Positions 50,973 through 62,612 are shown, numbered from the stretch's first letter. The stretch is 64,000 bases of DNA from Nitrospirales bacterium (GCA_963422365.1 OY729426.1:192001-256000), one strand, 5' to 3'. Notes: generated by a model not told the origin, from the sequence alone. Translations and numbers: made by a program.

Positions 50973-51944
50973 TCACTGGAGACCAGAGGTGAGAGATCCA
51001 GGTTGAGGTCTTAACTCTAAATCTCGAGCCACAATGCCCGTTTTACCAAATGGACCCTGCAACTGGCCATTGAGTCTGACCTCAACCCCTCCGGCATTGC
51101 CCAGCGTCAACAGAAACCGGTCACGGGCCTGCCATTGCACAATTTCACCTGGTCGCAATAAGGCTTCCTGTGGATCGCCTTCATCGGAACGAACCACGAC
51201 CCAGGTCATTTCCAAAGCTCGTAGTTCAAGAACGAACTGGCCTTCTTCAGAACCTGCCATGGGAAAGAGAATCAGAGGTTCAGACATCACGGATTCAGGA
51301 GATGCGAAAGGAGACGTGAGCGCCCCATCATCAGATGAAGATTCCGCAGAAGTCTCAGGGATATCCGGCTGATGATCGGTCTCTGTCTTCGCAACCGTTG
51401 AGGCGTCAGGCTGCTGTGTGATCGAAGGGGAAGGGCGGTTGTCGCCTGGTTCGTTCGCGTGACCAATTTTTCCTGATTCCGATACAGCCACGTCACGCTG
51501 TTGGGGTTCAACAGCCCGTTGGTCCGTGGTCTGTTGCGAAAAATAAGAACCCGTGTGAGGTGAAGAGGATTGTTGGTAAAGTAGCACCAACAATCCTAGC
51601 AAGGGCAGGCCAATAAGCATGACAACTATGGTTGGGTGCGTCTTGGCTTCAGGGTCGTCTCTTATCCGTAGAAAACTTTGCTGCCGATCCTCGCCTTTTT
51701 TTTTGTAGGACGACGCAGAGCGTTCTAAAAACAACTGCTGACATTCTTCCTCATCGAGATGAAGCGAACGGGCGTAGGATCGCACAAAGCCTTTGGCGAA
51801 AACCTTTTGGGGCAACCGATCAAAACGATCCTCTTCCAAAGCCTTCAGATACGGCTCTTGGATTCGGGTCATCGAGACCATCTGCTCAAGGGTCCACCCT
51901 TGAGACTTACGGGCCCTTTGGAACGTGTTGCCTAATGAATCCAT
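50973..51944 (-). CDS. rodZ: RodZ-family cytoskeletal protein
   Basis: HTH (TRIQEPYLKALEE..FAKGFVRSYA), TM, DUF4115-like LGNAGGV. Confidence 0.88.
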   Translation of the reverse strand: MDSLGNTFQRARKSQGWTLEQMVSMTRIQEPYLKALEEDRFDRLPQKVFAKGFVRSYARSLHLDEEECQQLFLERSASSYKKKGEDRQQSFLRIRDDPEAKTHPTIVVMLIGLPLLGLLVLLYQQSSSPHTGSYFSQQTTDQRAVEPQQRDVAVSESGKIGHANEPGDNRPSPSITQQPDASTVAKTETDHQPDIPETSAESSSDDGALTSPFASPESVMSEPLILFPMAGSEEGQFVLELRALEMTWVVVRSDEGDPQEALLRPGEIVQWQARDRFLLTLGNAGGVEVRLNGQLQGPFGKTGIVARDLELRPQPGSLTSGLQ

Positions 51945-52004
51945 GCGCTCCGACGTTGAAAAGGAGAACGAGACAACCGACCAAACGTGACGAAGAGTGA
52001 GTGA

Positions 52005-52928
52005 TCACGAAAGGTCCTCAAAGTGGGTGAGACGTTTGAAGTCTCGGAAGCGAGATTCAATGTCTTTATATTCCAGTCGCCGCAAGCGGTCGAGACTAAA
52101 GCCTTCCACGGTAAAGGAAGCCATGACGCTTCCGAAAATAATCGCTCGCCTTAAGCCGATATCAGAAAAATCTCCTGTGGATGCGAGATGCCCCATAAAG
52201 CCGCCGGCGAACGTATCTCCGGCACCAGTTGGATCTTGCACCATTTCCAACGGAAATGCCGGCGCGCCAAAGACTTGTTTTTCATGAAACATCAAGACGC
52301 CATACTCCCCACGTTTAATAATGAGACATTTGGGCCCGCGTGCCAGAACATCTTTTGCGACTTTGACCAAACTGAAATCTTGGCCGAGTTCACGAGCCTC
52401 CCCATCATTGATGATGAGCACGTCAATCTTTTCCAAGACGTCCCATAAAGCTTCTTGTTTTCCACGAATCCAAAAATTCATGGTATCACAGGCTACCATG
52501 GGCGGCCGTTCGACTTGATTCAGCACATCCATTTGCAGCTCAGGGTCGATATTCCCCAAAAACAACATGCCGGGAGATCGATAGTGGTCTGGGATTTTAG
52601 GGCGGAAGGACTCCAGAACATTGAGTTGGGTATCAAGAGTATGGGCCTCATTGAGCTGATAGGTATATTCACCTTGCCATCGAAAGGTTTTTCCACTACG
52701 GCGTTCAAGCCCGGACAAATCGATCCCGCGACTTTTCAAAAATGCGAGATGTTCTTCCGGGAAATCCTCTCCAACCACCGCAAGCAAATCAATGTCGGTA
52801 AAAAAACTGGCGGCCGTTGAAAAATACGTGGCCGACCCTCCCAACACTTCCGTCGCTTCTCCAAAAGGCGTGCGAACCGTATCAAACGCCACAGAACCCA
52901 CCACTAACACTGTACTCATATCATCCAC
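52005..52928 (-). CDS. PfkB-family sugar/nucleoside kinase
   Basis: [26 protein letters not shown]. Confidence 0.92.
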   Translation of the reverse strand: MDDMSTVLVVGSVAFDTVRTPFGEATEVLGGSATYFSTAASFFTDIDLLAVVGEDFPEEHLAFLKSRGIDLSGLERRSGKTFRWQGEYTYQLNEAHTLDTQLNVLESFRPKIPDHYRSPGMLFLGNIDPELQMDVLNQVERPPMVACDTMNFWIRGKQEALWDVLEKIDVLIINDGEARELGQDFSLVKVAKDVLARGPKCLIIKRGEYGVLMFHEKQVFGAPAFPLEMVQDPTGAGDTFAGGFMGHLASTGDFSDIGLRRAIIFGSVMASFTVEGFSLDRLRRLEYKDIESRFRDFKRLTHFEDLS

Positions 52929-53808
52929 TCCTGTTCGATTTTTTCACTTGTTTCAAAAAGATGTTATAGCGTTGCCTCACGGAGGCCGTCATGGCTTTCG
53001 GTGCGGTCACGATGGTTTGTCGAAGCGCTGTCTCGCATGGACAGGCTCTCGGTCCGTCCGCCCGTTGAATGGCGTAGCGGAGTAGCGTTTTGGCCTGAGC
53101 CACACTCGCATCCATCACGTTCAAAATCGCTTCGACGGAGACGGGCTCCTCACTCTCATGCCAACAATCATAATCCGTCACTAAGGCCAACGTCGCATAA
53201 CAGATTTCTGCTTCCCGGGCGAGTTTGGCTTCCGTCGCATTGGTCATCCCGATAATATCCACGCCCCATTGTCGATACAGCCATGATTCCGCTTTGGTTG
53301 AAAACTGCGGCCCTTCGATACAGAGATACGTTCCACCCACATGGAAGGTGGCACCCACCGACTTGGCACCCTCACCCAACTGATCAACCAAGGCATGACA
53401 AACAGGGTCGGCAAATGCAACATGCGCCACAAGCCCTTGATCGAAAAACGTACTCAGTCGCTGGGTTGTCCGATCAATAAATTGGTCGGGAAGGACGATA
53501 TGACTGGGGTGGATGCGTTCTTTCATGCTCCCCACCGCACTGACGGAAAAAATCCGCGTCACGCCAAGTGCTTTGAGCGCATAGATGTTGGCCCGATAAT
53601 TGATCATGGAGGGATTGATCCGATGACCTCGCCCATGACGCGAGAGAAACGCAACGTGCCTTCCGGATAACGTTCCAAGAATCACGGCATCCGAAGGTCG
53701 TCCGAACGGGGTGGACACACGCATCTCTCGAACATGTTCCAAGCCTTCCATTTCATATAATCCGCTGCCTCCAATGACGGCAATATCGGCATGTGGTTTC
53801 GCTGGCAC
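52921..53808 (-). CDS. mtnP: S-methyl-5'-thioadenosine phosphorylase
   Basis: [32 protein letters not shown]. Confidence 0.93.
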   Translation of the reverse strand: MPAKPHADIAVIGGSGLYEMEGLEHVREMRVSTPFGRPSDAVILGTLSGRHVAFLSRHGRGHRINPSMINYRANIYALKALGVTRIFSVSAVGSMKERIHPSHIVLPDQFIDRTTQRLSTFFDQGLVAHVAFADPVCHALVDQLGEGAKSVGATFHVGGTYLCIEGPQFSTKAESWLYRQWGVDIIGMTNATEAKLAREAEICYATLALVTDYDCWHESEEPVSVEAILNVMDASVAQAKTLLRYAIQRADGPRACPCETALRQTIVTAPKAMTASVRQRYNIFLKQVKKSNRSG

Positions 53809-53826
53809 GGCGTTCTTCTTTCTTGC

Positions 53827-54849
53827 CTATGCGTGAAGGGTTTTCACAAATTGTTCGATGAGGTGTATGACGCGTCGAGAAACCGATTGAACGGATTCAT
53901 CAGGTTGCACCTCTACCCACCTCAGACCTTGTTCCTTTCTGAACCACGTCATTTGCCGTTTCGCAAAATGGCGCGTATCTCGCTTTAATCGTCTCACCGC
54001 TTCGTCAAATGAATCCTCTCCTTCCAGATACCCTGCCATCTGACGATAGCCCAAACTTTTCATCGAGACAAGATTTCTGGAGTATCCTTTCGCCAACAGG
54101 GTCTGGGTTTCGTCAACCAATCCCTTTGCCAACTCAACATCGACCCGATGATCAATATGTTGATAGAGAAGGGCCCGATCCATGGTCAACCCCAACACCA
54201 AGGCACGAAAGGGTTTCGTCTGTTCGCGATGCTCTTCGTGGGCTTTCGAAAGACGAATGCCGGTTTGCCGATACACTTCTAAGGCCCGCAGCACTTTCAT
54301 GGTATCGCGAGGATGCAGGCGACGCGCTGTGGCAGGGTCCACATGGCCTAATTCTTGATACATCGATTCCCCTCCCCGGGCACACGCTTCTTCTTCGAGT
54401 GTCCGGCGAAGGGTACGATCGCCGGGCGGACCGGCCCATAACCCATGCAACAACACTCGGACGTAGAGCCCCGTCCCACCAACGACCAAAGGAAGAAGGC
54501 CCTTTTCGTACAGACGAGAGATTTCTCGAAGGGCTTGCCGCCGAAATTCGCCGGCATTAAACGGCTCATCGGGCTCCACCAGATCAATCAACCGATGGGG
54601 GACCTGTTGTCGGTCCTCTTCCGAGGGGGTATCCGTCCCAATATTCATCCCTCGATAGACCTGGGTCGAATCCGCAGTCAATATCTCCGTTCCCAAGGCT
54701 CGGGCCACTTCAACGGCAATACGACTCTTGCCGATTGCCGTCGGTCCCACCAGGATGACGAGAGGCTTCAACGCGGTAGAAGACTCCGTCAAGGTCCAGA
54801 TCCCAGTTCCATCTTTCAAAGAAAGGTGATAATCGAGGGGTGGATTCAT
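53827..54849 (-). CDS. miaA: tRNA dimethylallyltransferase
   Basis: GPTAIGKS, DSTQVYRGMNIGT, VGGTGLY, FAKRQMTWFR. Confidence 0.96.
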   Translation of the reverse strand: MNPPLDYHLSLKDGTGIWTLTESSTALKPLVILVGPTAIGKSRIAVEVARALGTEILTADSTQVYRGMNIGTDTPSEEDRQQVPHRLIDLVEPDEPFNAGEFRRQALREISRLYEKGLLPLVVGGTGLYVRVLLHGLWAGPPGDRTLRRTLEEEACARGGESMYQELGHVDPATARRLHPRDTMKVLRALEVYRQTGIRLSKAHEEHREQTKPFRALVLGLTMDRALLYQHIDHRVDVELAKGLVDETQTLLAKGYSRNLVSMKSLGYRQMAGYLEGEDSFDEAVRRLKRDTRHFAKRQMTWFRKEQGLRWVEVQPDESVQSVSRRVIHLIEQFVKTLHA

Positions 54850-56645
54850 AGACGCCGAAAAATTCGATGCAGTGCTTCGCTGTCAAAACGCAAAGAGATC
54901 CGGCGGCCATGCGGGCAGGTCATGGGGATCCCTTCACGAAGCCAATCTTGCACCACGTGTTTCATTTCCGGCGCTTCCATCCGGCGGCCGGCCTGGACCG
55001 CACCCTTGCAGGCGACTGACGCCAGAACGGACCGGATGCGTTTGTCGAGAGAATCAACAGAGTTCCACTCCGACAGATCCTCTACGATAGCTTCGAGTAA
55101 GGCGCCATAGTCCATCTGTCCGACAAGCGCCGGCACCGACCGAATGACAAAAGAGGACGGGCCAAAACACTCAAGTTCGAGCCCCACTTTGGCCAACTCC
55201 GGTAAAATTTCTGCCAACTGGGTCGCCGCCGAGATCGGGATATCCACTGGCTCGGGAATCAGGAGCGGCTGGGTCTGGATCTGGCGGCCCTCCCAATGTC
55301 TCCACAAGCGTTCAAACAGCACCCGCTCATGAATCGTGTGCTGGTCCAGCACATGCAATTCATCTCCCATTTGAGCGACGATATAGGTGGCATGGATTTG
55401 TCCAAGAACATGAACCTCAGGCTCAAGTGGATAGAGGAACGGCGATTCTTTGACTTGGTCTACTCCCCTTGTTTGTCCTCTCCAGGAATCTGTTTGCGCT
55501 TCGGTCTCACCGGAAGGGGCAAGCCGTCTCGACCATTCGAGAAACGGCTCGCCCATCCCCCTCTGCCCTGGCTTCTCCTTCTCGACGGTATCCGACATCT
55601 CTTCTTCGAGTGCGGGAGAAAGGATTGGCGACATTGACCCCATAACTTTCTTTTGCAGCGGAACACGAACCGCTCCTTTGATCGCTCGATGGATCAGGTC
55701 GGGGCTGCAAAACTTCACCTCCCGTTTTGAGGGATGAACATTGACATCCACCTCATGGGCTTCGACTTCTACCATGATCGCAAAAGTCGGATGCCGTCCT
55801 TTCGGCAAAAAGGAGCCATACGATTCATAAATAGCATGCGCAATCGTGGCATTTTTGACAGCGCGGCGGTTCACGAAAATTTCCTGGGGGCTCCGGCTGG
55901 TTTTCGAATGATACGGATTGATGATCATCCCTCGCATGTGCAGGTTTGCCTGTTCATAGTGAATGGGCAGCATCATATCCATGGCTCTCGGGCCATACAC
56001 TTGAAGCAGGCGATCCTCTAACGCGGTGACCGTGGGATAGTCGAACACCAGATGGTCATCGTGCGTTAATCGCAATTGCGTGTGAAGGTTCGCCAGCGCG
56101 GCTTGTTGGACAACATGCGTAATATGGGAAAACTCCGTTGCCGTTGTCTTCAAAAATTTTCGTCGGCCCGGTGTATTGAAAAATAACTCTTCGACTTCAA
56201 TGCGTGTCCCTGGTGCGGCACCTCGCTCTTCGACCGATTGGATGTCTCCCCCCTCAATGACCACAGCGGTCCCCGCAAGAGAATGAAGCTGGGCTGTGAG
56301 CATCCGAAAGCGTGAAACCGCCGCAATACTAGGCAAGGCTTCCCCGCGAAACCCATACGTGGCAATGCCCAAAAGATCGCGTTGATGACTGATTTTGCTG
56401 GTGGCAAATCGTTGGCAGGATAACAGGGCGTCGGCTCGACTCATCCCTTCGCCATCGTCGATCACCCGAATCAGAGTCTTCCCGCCGTTAACAATATCGA
56501 CGAAAATTACCGTACTTCCGGCATCCACGCTATTATCAAGCAATTCTTTTACGACTGACGCCGGGCGTTCGACAATCTCTCCTGCAGCGATTTGAGAAGC
56601 CACAGACTCAGGGAGGACTTTGATTTTGGATTCAACAGACTCCAT
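54846..56645 (-). CDS. mutL: DNA mismatch repair endonuclease MutL
   Basis: IAAGEIVERPASVVKEL, GFRGEAL, DQHTIHER, ACK, CPHGR. Confidence 0.97.
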   Translation of the reverse strand: MESVESKIKVLPESVASQIAAGEIVERPASVVKELLDNSVDAGSTVIFVDIVNGGKTLIRVIDDGEGMSRADALLSCQRFATSKISHQRDLLGIATYGFRGEALPSIAAVSRFRMLTAQLHSLAGTAVVIEGGDIQSVEERGAAPGTRIEVEELFFNTPGRRKFLKTTATEFSHITHVVQQAALANLHTQLRLTHDDHLVFDYPTVTALEDRLLQVYGPRAMDMMLPIHYEQANLHMRGMIINPYHSKTSRSPQEIFVNRRAVKNATIAHAIYESYGSFLPKGRHPTFAIMVEVEAHEVDVNVHPSKREVKFCSPDLIHRAIKGAVRVPLQKKVMGSMSPILSPALEEEMSDTVEKEKPGQRGMGEPFLEWSRRLAPSGETEAQTDSWRGQTRGVDQVKESPFLYPLEPEVHVLGQIHATYIVAQMGDELHVLDQHTIHERVLFERLWRHWEGRQIQTQPLLIPEPVDIPISAATQLAEILPELAKVGLELECFGPSSFVIRSVPALVGQMDYGALLEAIVEDLSEWNSVDSLDKRIRSVLASVACKGAVQAGRRMEAPEMKHVVQDWLREGIPMTCPHGRRISLRFDSEALHRIFRRL

Positions 56646-56698
56646 GTGAAACGCTTTGTGACGGAATCCTCGTGAGCCGTCGACTGGTCCCTCTTTGG

Positions 56699-58528
56699 CT
56701 AAGGGGAACGGGGATTAGGGGGAGCCGGTTCCCTAAAGTTCGTGAGGATCTGCTCCACCTCTATGAGTTGAGATTCGTGCTCATCGACCTTGGAGCTCAG
56801 CTTGTCGCCCATGGCCTTGACCACATCTTTCAATTGCGTGACGGATTTGGTTAAGTCATTCAACTGCTTGACGTTGGCCTGTAATTCCTGCTGAAGGCTG
56901 GGGATGGCAGAAGCCGCCCCCAGCGACTCCGACACCTGCTGGGCCTGGGTCTGCAGCCGAGCAGCTTGCTCATTCAGTCTGGTGGACACCGTGGTTTTGA
57001 ATTGCTCAAACGATTCCCCGACCGCTTGCACGCTCGTCGTCACTTGGTTGAGATGGGTTGAGACGGCTTGGGTATTTGATGCCTGCTTGGCGGTCCTGGA
57101 TGACTGCTCCTCCTCCAATCTCTCCATTCGTGCCATGAACTGCCCCATCTGATTCATTTGCTGATCACTGCGTTGCCCCAACATGCCGGCCATGGAATCC
57201 AATACCTCTCGCATGGCTGCTACCGACTCACCTAGTTCTTGAACATGTTTGGCTTGAGCGTCCAATTGCGTTTGCGTTTGGGTGACATTCGATGCGGTCG
57301 TTTGTTCGACGTGTTGGAGACCGGCTTTGAGCGTTATCAACTTCTCAGAGACAAGACTTTTTTCCTGACCAAACGCTTTCGCGATCGATTCCAAACTTGG
57401 TCGCACCTCTTTGTCCAAATGCCCTTGGAGGACTTTCATATCGGTATCCAACTTTTTAGCCAACATCTGATACTGACTCTGTAATTGCTTGATCCGTTGT
57501 GCCGTTTCCTTCCCTTGGCTATCCAGCTTGGTGCCGAGTTGGGTCCCTGTCGTCTCTAACACGTCACGGAGTTGAGACAAAGATTGGGTGACCTCCGCCA
57601 AGTTTTTGCTGTGCCGGGTATCGGTCTGTCGGAGCCCCGCGAGTGCCGTGCCCAGCTTGGCATTGATCTCGGACAATCGCGTGACTTGGGCAGCGATGTC
57701 AGTCTTCAAGTTTCGATGGCCGTCATGCAATACCGTATTGAGGGATTCGATGGCCGTTTTGACCTCGGTTTCCAAATAGGTTTTCAACACCTGAGTATCA
57801 GAAGCGAGTTTCGCTCGAAAGGCGTGCTGTCGTTTGTCGACGTCTTGTCGTATTTTCGTCTCGGAACTCGTGGCCCGCTTCCGCTCCTCGCCCAATCGTT
57901 TATCAACCTCGGTCAAGGCTTCCTTAAACTGAACCAGTGAACTTTGAAACTCGGCAAACTGAGCCCTTACTTTTTGGCCCATCCGCTTCAGGGCCTTCTC
58001 AAGGCTTTGGCGGGTCGTCTCAAGGCTTTGGCCCAAAGCAGTGACCTGATTTGACAGTTCGGCATCACGTTGTTTCCGCAGTTTCTCCAGAGCGCGGACT
58101 TGACCTGCCAGATCATCGACTTTTCGGTGGGCCTGATTAAGATGATGCAATTGTGTTTCCAAGTCATCGCTTACTTTGGGCAAGTTCTCCTCTCGTAGAC
58201 TTCGCAACTCACTTTTGAGTTGCGCACGGGCCTTCCTGAACTCATTCATGAGTTCATTTAATTCGACTTTTTGTTTCGCCAAGGCAGTTCGGGAAGCGGC
58301 GATGTCCTGGTTAGCTTGCCTCAGGACTTGGGCCAACGCTTTTTTCTCTTGATCCAATTCGGTGATTTTGCCCTCAAAGTTTTTCCCCATTTTCACCAAG
58401 TCAGACTGCTGGACACAGCCAGTGAAGCTGAACACCAACCAGGTCAGGAACACTACTGCCTTCCAGTCACGACCGGCTTCTCGTGTTGAGCCTTTTGGGG
58501 TCAAGAAAAAAACATGCTCAATCGACAT
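56699..58528 (-). CDS. Long coiled-coil putative lipoprotein in the tol cluster
   Basis: Lipobox-like FTGC followed by about 550 aa of heptad-rich sequence; no TPR at the C-terminus. Confidence 0.75.
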   Translation of the reverse strand: MSIEHVFFLTPKGSTREAGRDWKAVVFLTWLVFSFTGCVQQSDLVKMGKNFEGKITELDQEKKALAQVLRQANQDIAASRTALAKQKVELNELMNEFRKARAQLKSELRSLREENLPKVSDDLETQLHHLNQAHRKVDDLAGQVRALEKLRKQRDAELSNQVTALGQSLETTRQSLEKALKRMGQKVRAQFAEFQSSLVQFKEALTEVDKRLGEERKRATSSETKIRQDVDKRQHAFRAKLASDTQVLKTYLETEVKTAIESLNTVLHDGHRNLKTDIAAQVTRLSEINAKLGTALAGLRQTDTRHSKNLAEVTQSLSQLRDVLETTGTQLGTKLDSQGKETAQRIKQLQSQYQMLAKKLDTDMKVLQGHLDKEVRPSLESIAKAFGQEKSLVSEKLITLKAGLQHVEQTTASNVTQTQTQLDAQAKHVQELGESVAAMREVLDSMAGMLGQRSDQQMNQMGQFMARMERLEEEQSSRTAKQASNTQAVSTHLNQVTTSVQAVGESFEQFKTTVSTRLNEQAARLQTQAQQVSESLGAASAIPSLQQELQANVKQLNDLTKSVTQLKDVVKAMGDKLSSKVDEHESQLIEVEQILTNFREPAPPNPRSP

Positions 58529-58698
58529 GGTTTTGGGCTCCCTTACGATTTTTCAACGCTTCTTGCATGGCTTCCTATTTCCTGCATCCAGGAAGACAAC
58601 GGGGCGACTCACGACAGAAGTTCGTCGAGTGTTGGTAATTGGTACGGTTGCTATTCTGCCGATAGCCAAGTTATCCGCCGTTCGGCAGGAAACCAGTA

Positions 58699-60048
58699 TC
58701 ATGGGGACCAGGCAGGAGAACTATGGTGCCTCCCTTCTTTCGTCAACTGTTCCAACCCCGTGCCATCGAAATGAATCATGTAAATGTGACTCCGCCCACC
58801 TCGAGTCGAACTAAAGACCAAGTGACGGCCATCCGGTGCCCACGAAGGAGAGTCATCAATTTCACGAGAAGGACCGCTCGTCATTTGAACACGCCGTTGT
58901 CCATCCGGAGAAATCCGGCATAACTTAAGCCCATAGCCGGGTATGCGACACACGTAGGCAACCCAATCCCCCCGCGGAGACCAAGCCGGTGCGGTATTAT
59001 AACGCCCTTCAAAGGTCAATCGACGAACGTTTGAGCCATCGGCCCTCATGATGTAAATTTGCGGTCGACCGCTCCGATCGGAAGTAAAAGCCAATTCTCG
59101 TCCATTCGGCGACCATGTCGGCGATAAATCTGCACGGTCATGCGAGGTCAATCGCTTTTTCTTTTTCTCTTGCGCTCTCAAGCGTATCGTAAAGATATCG
59201 GAATTCCCTTGATCGGCAGAAGCATACGCTAAAAGTCGACCATTCGGGGAAAACGCCGGAGTAATATTCAAACTTTCAGGAGGCACTAAGATTCGTTTGG
59301 TCCCTTTGTCCAATTCGAGCTGCACGATTTCTTGATTGTTTTGGCGATAGGCCGTATACACGACGGAACGCTGATCAGGCGACCAAGTCGGCATGAGGCT
59401 TAATGTACGATCCGACGTCACACGTTTGGGACCGAATCCATCATAATCCATCACGAACAAATCTCGTCCGCCGGCCTCATCTTCAGAAACATAGAGAATT
59501 TTGGTCCGGGCAATGCCGGGATCCCCCGTATAATACGAGACCAATTCATCGGCCCACCGATGAACCATCAACCGCAGAAGCCTCATGCTAATCGGACCAC
59601 CGGTATACTGTTTGCCAACGGCGATTAAGTCTGTCTCTCCTCCATCGTAGGCACAGGCCTCCATTGCCAATTTTCCATTTTTTCGGCCGATCCTTCCCCA
59701 GGTGACTACCGAAACCACGCTTTCCTTGGCTTTCGCCAGGGATTCCTTTCCCCGACACCCTGCTTTAGAAAGCGGAAGAGTTTCCGTTGATTGGTCAATG
59801 ACCTCGAACACTTGGGTGCGCTGCAAATCAGCCCTGAGAACATCGGCGACTTGCTTGCCGATTCGAGCGTCATCCGATTGCTGAGTCTCACTGCCGGCGA
59901 ACCCCATGATCCAGATGGGAATTTTTTGAAATTCAGATCGGGTCGTTTCCAGAAACACGTCGGCTGCGTTTGCCTCCGCATTCACAAAGAACAGAGGAGC
60001 CAGAGCAGAGAGGACAAACAAGACCGAGTGCGTGGCGTTCTTCATCAT
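58699..60048 (-). CDS. tolB: Tol-Pal beta-propeller TolB
   Basis: Repeated PxWSPDG motifs; position after tolA. Confidence 0.93.
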   Translation of the reverse strand: MMKNATHSVLFVLSALAPLFFVNAEANAADVFLETTRSEFQKIPIWIMGFAGSETQQSDDARIGKQVADVLRADLQRTQVFEVIDQSTETLPLSKAGCRGKESLAKAKESVVSVVTWGRIGRKNGKLAMEACAYDGGETDLIAVGKQYTGGPISMRLLRLMVHRWADELVSYYTGDPGIARTKILYVSEDEAGGRDLFVMDYDGFGPKRVTSDRTLSLMPTWSPDQRSVVYTAYRQNNQEIVQLELDKGTKRILVPPESLNITPAFSPNGRLLAYASADQGNSDIFTIRLRAQEKKKKRLTSHDRADLSPTWSPNGRELAFTSDRSGRPQIYIMRADGSNVRRLTFEGRYNTAPAWSPRGDWVAYVCRIPGYGLKLCRISPDGQRRVQMTSGPSREIDDSPSWAPDGRHLVFSSTRGGRSHIYMIHFDGTGLEQLTKEGRHHSSPAWSP

Positions 60049-61430
60049 CAGTTCGGCGGGCCAGTAAATGTGTGTTGGACAGTACAAGAGGGTTTCAGTA
60101 TTTTCTCGGGAAAGGCTGGTAATGGACTGGATGCAACGACCGCACGTTGAGCAGCTAAGTCAAAATATTCGTTTCCCGAGGATTGTACGACTGTCGGCGC
60201 CGTCACTTGGCCGTTCCGCTCGACGCGAAAAGCCAAGACCACTTGAAGCGGCTGCCTGCGTTGGAATTCACCACCAGAGGTGTACCACTTTTTATCAATA
60301 CGCTTTTTGACTACTTCTGCCCAATAGCCCTCTTTGCAAGATCCTGCCACCCGCAGAACTGTCAGCGTTTCCTTCGTGCCACTTTCCGCTTGTTGGGCAC
60401 CCGGCTGACCAGCCTCGAATGTTTGTCCCTGGGGAATAGGGAGGTCGGCGATTTTGCTTTTGAGAGCATCCGGTTCAGGCTTCGGTGTCGTCATGGGTTG
60501 TAAAGGAACCGGCTCTTGCTCAATGTGTACCTTGGCTAATGGCGGAGCCTGCGGCGGCACGATAATCGAAGGTAGGTCCTGAGCCCCGGCTACTTTTGGA
60601 TCTTCTGGTGACACTTCAGGAAGAAACGGAATTGCTCTTGATACGATTTCGGCCGGGTGCGACTTCTTGCTCTCAGGGATTCGTATCGCTTGAATCTCCT
60701 GCGTTAACGACTCCGCAGTCAGGCTTTTTTGCGCAATTTGCACGGGCGGCTCTCTTTTTTGCGAAAGCGGCGTGACGACTGCTAAGCGCGGGGACTGGGA
60801 GGGCAAGGTAATGCCTGATGATTGAGCTGTCTTGATTGCGGCCTGTTTCTGCTCACTGTCGGATTTGACAGTTGGACTCACTGTGACGCGCGTAGAAGCT
60901 TGGGTTTGTTTCTTGGGGACGACGAGGGTACTGACAGCTTGCTTCAGTGTCTGGGCCAGAGGGCCAATACTTGGGGGAGGAGTAGACCGTGTTGACTTCC
61001 TGGTCTCCGGGCCTGAAGCTAATTGGGGAGGTTGCGGGGGTGCTTGGATTGTTTGAGCTTCTACCTCCAAAGCAGGCAATCGTCCAAGAGGAGGCGGAGA
61101 GACTGATATCGCCGCCTTTTGAGGCACTGTCATGGCTCTCGGTTTTGGCACGACCACGGACTCCAGCGCGCCCATGAGTGAATCCGCCACCAGTTCCGGC
61201 ACCCTCGGCCTCGCCGGGGGCATCGAGATCTCAGGAAGCGTCACCAAAGCGACCTGGTAAGACCCTGAAGGCTGTTCGAACGATGGGGCGAAGCGCAAAC
61301 CCACAAGCGTGATCATCACCACGTGAATGACTAACGAACTGGCAAGGGGCCACGTGAGCCGTGTTGCAACCGAGTCGGTAGAGCCCGACACATGAAACAA
61401 CAAAAGGTTGAAAGGCGCTGCATACGACAT
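60048..61430 (-). CDS. tolA: TolA/TonB-like protein
   Basis: TM with SLVIH, long Pro/Gln-rich linker, C-terminal SSGN..FDLAAQRAV. Confidence 0.8.
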   Translation of the reverse strand: MSYAAPFNLLLFHVSGSTDSVATRLTWPLASSLVIHVVMITLVGLRFAPSFEQPSGSYQVALVTLPEISMPPARPRVPELVADSLMGALESVVVPKPRAMTVPQKAAISVSPPPLGRLPALEVEAQTIQAPPQPPQLASGPETRKSTRSTPPPSIGPLAQTLKQAVSTLVVPKKQTQASTRVTVSPTVKSDSEQKQAAIKTAQSSGITLPSQSPRLAVVTPLSQKREPPVQIAQKSLTAESLTQEIQAIRIPESKKSHPAEIVSRAIPFLPEVSPEDPKVAGAQDLPSIIVPPQAPPLAKVHIEQEPVPLQPMTTPKPEPDALKSKIADLPIPQGQTFEAGQPGAQQAESGTKETLTVLRVAGSCKEGYWAEVVKKRIDKKWYTSGGEFQRRQPLQVVLAFRVERNGQVTAPTVVQSSGNEYFDLAAQRAVVASSPLPAFPEKILKPSCTVQHTFTGPPN

Positions 61431-61454
61431 TGCATCATTCCAACTTACAGAGGA

Positions 61455-61877
61455 TCAAAGACCCTCTTCTTCAACCACGGTCCCTTGGGGGTTCGTGACC
61501 ATGCCTAACCGTTCGATTCCCGCCCCTTTGACTTCATCCATGATCTGGACAATCCGTCCATAGGGAACCTGCCGATCGGCTCGAAGATACACTGACACGG
61601 ATGGGTTCAGCGCCTTGGCTTCACCCAAACGTTTCCGTAAATGAATCAATGTGACAAGATCTTTTCCCAAATAGACCCGTCTGTTAGGTTCAATGGTAAT
61701 CACGAGACGCTCCATGGGGACGACGGTATTGGATTGCGAATGTGGGAGTGAAATATCAATGCCCCGATGCAGCATCGGAGCCGTCACCATAAAGATCACC
61801 AACAACACAAGCACCACGTCAACGAGAGGAATAATATTGATTTCGGAAAGAAACCGACGATCACGGGATTCAAACAT
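61455..61877 (-). CDS. tolR: TolR
   Basis: EINIIPLVDVVLVLLVIFMVTAPM. Confidence 0.92.
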   Translation of the reverse strand: MFESRDRRFLSEINIIPLVDVVLVLLVIFMVTAPMLHRGIDISLPHSQSNTVVPMERLVITIEPNRRVYLGKDLVTLIHLRKRLGEAKALNPSVSVYLRADRQVPYGRIVQIMDEVKGAGIERLGMVTNPQGTVVEEEGL

Positions 61878-62612
61878 CACGGGTGACTTGACCTCTTGGC
61901 TTTTTGCTTTCAGGGGCTTTCGCGTCAAGGACATTCAGAAATTCAATGCTGAATGCTTCTACGCCAAATACGATTTTCCGAATTTGGGAGAGATAATAAT
62001 TATACCCAATGACTGCAGGAATCGCGGCAAACAGTCCGGCAGCAGTCGCAAGGAGGGCTTCGGAAACGCCGGGAGCCACCGAAGCGATACTGGCTGTGCC
62101 TTCTACACCGATTCGCTGAAAGGCATGAATCACACCAACGACGGTGCCCAATAACCCAATGAAAGGGGTGATATTTCCCGTGGTTGCCAGGAAGGGCAGA
62201 TACGCTTCTTGCCGGGCGATTTGCTTGTGAACAAGATACTGTATGACTTTTTCCAAATATTGGCGGTCCGACCAGTGCCCCCCCTTCAGGGTCGTCGTTG
62301 TGACGTCGCTGATATTGGGATCAAGAAGATGACCCCTACGACTCAACACTCCGAGAAATACCGAACCACTGGGGCTATTGGGCAATTTTGCGGCTAAGCT
62401 CTGAAGGGGTGCAGAGCCTTTTCACTGAACGGTTCTCTCTCTTGATAGGCTTCGAAAAATTGTCGCTCCTCTCCTTTGATCAGCCGTACCATACGCCATT
62501 TACACAGGATAATTCCCCACGAAAAGACGGAAAACCCCAGTAATATCAATAAGACGATGATAGAGATTGGCCCTAGGGAACCAAGCAGTTCAAGAGGGTC
62601 GGTTGAGAACAT
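61870..62612 (-). pseudogene. tolQ: TolQ split by a frameshift near 62405 (possibly a sequencing error)
   Basis: N-terminal ORF 62394..62612 and C-terminal ORF 61870..62385 (PFIGLLGTVVG, APGVSEALLATAAG) join at a G4 run (plus strand). Confidence 0.85.
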
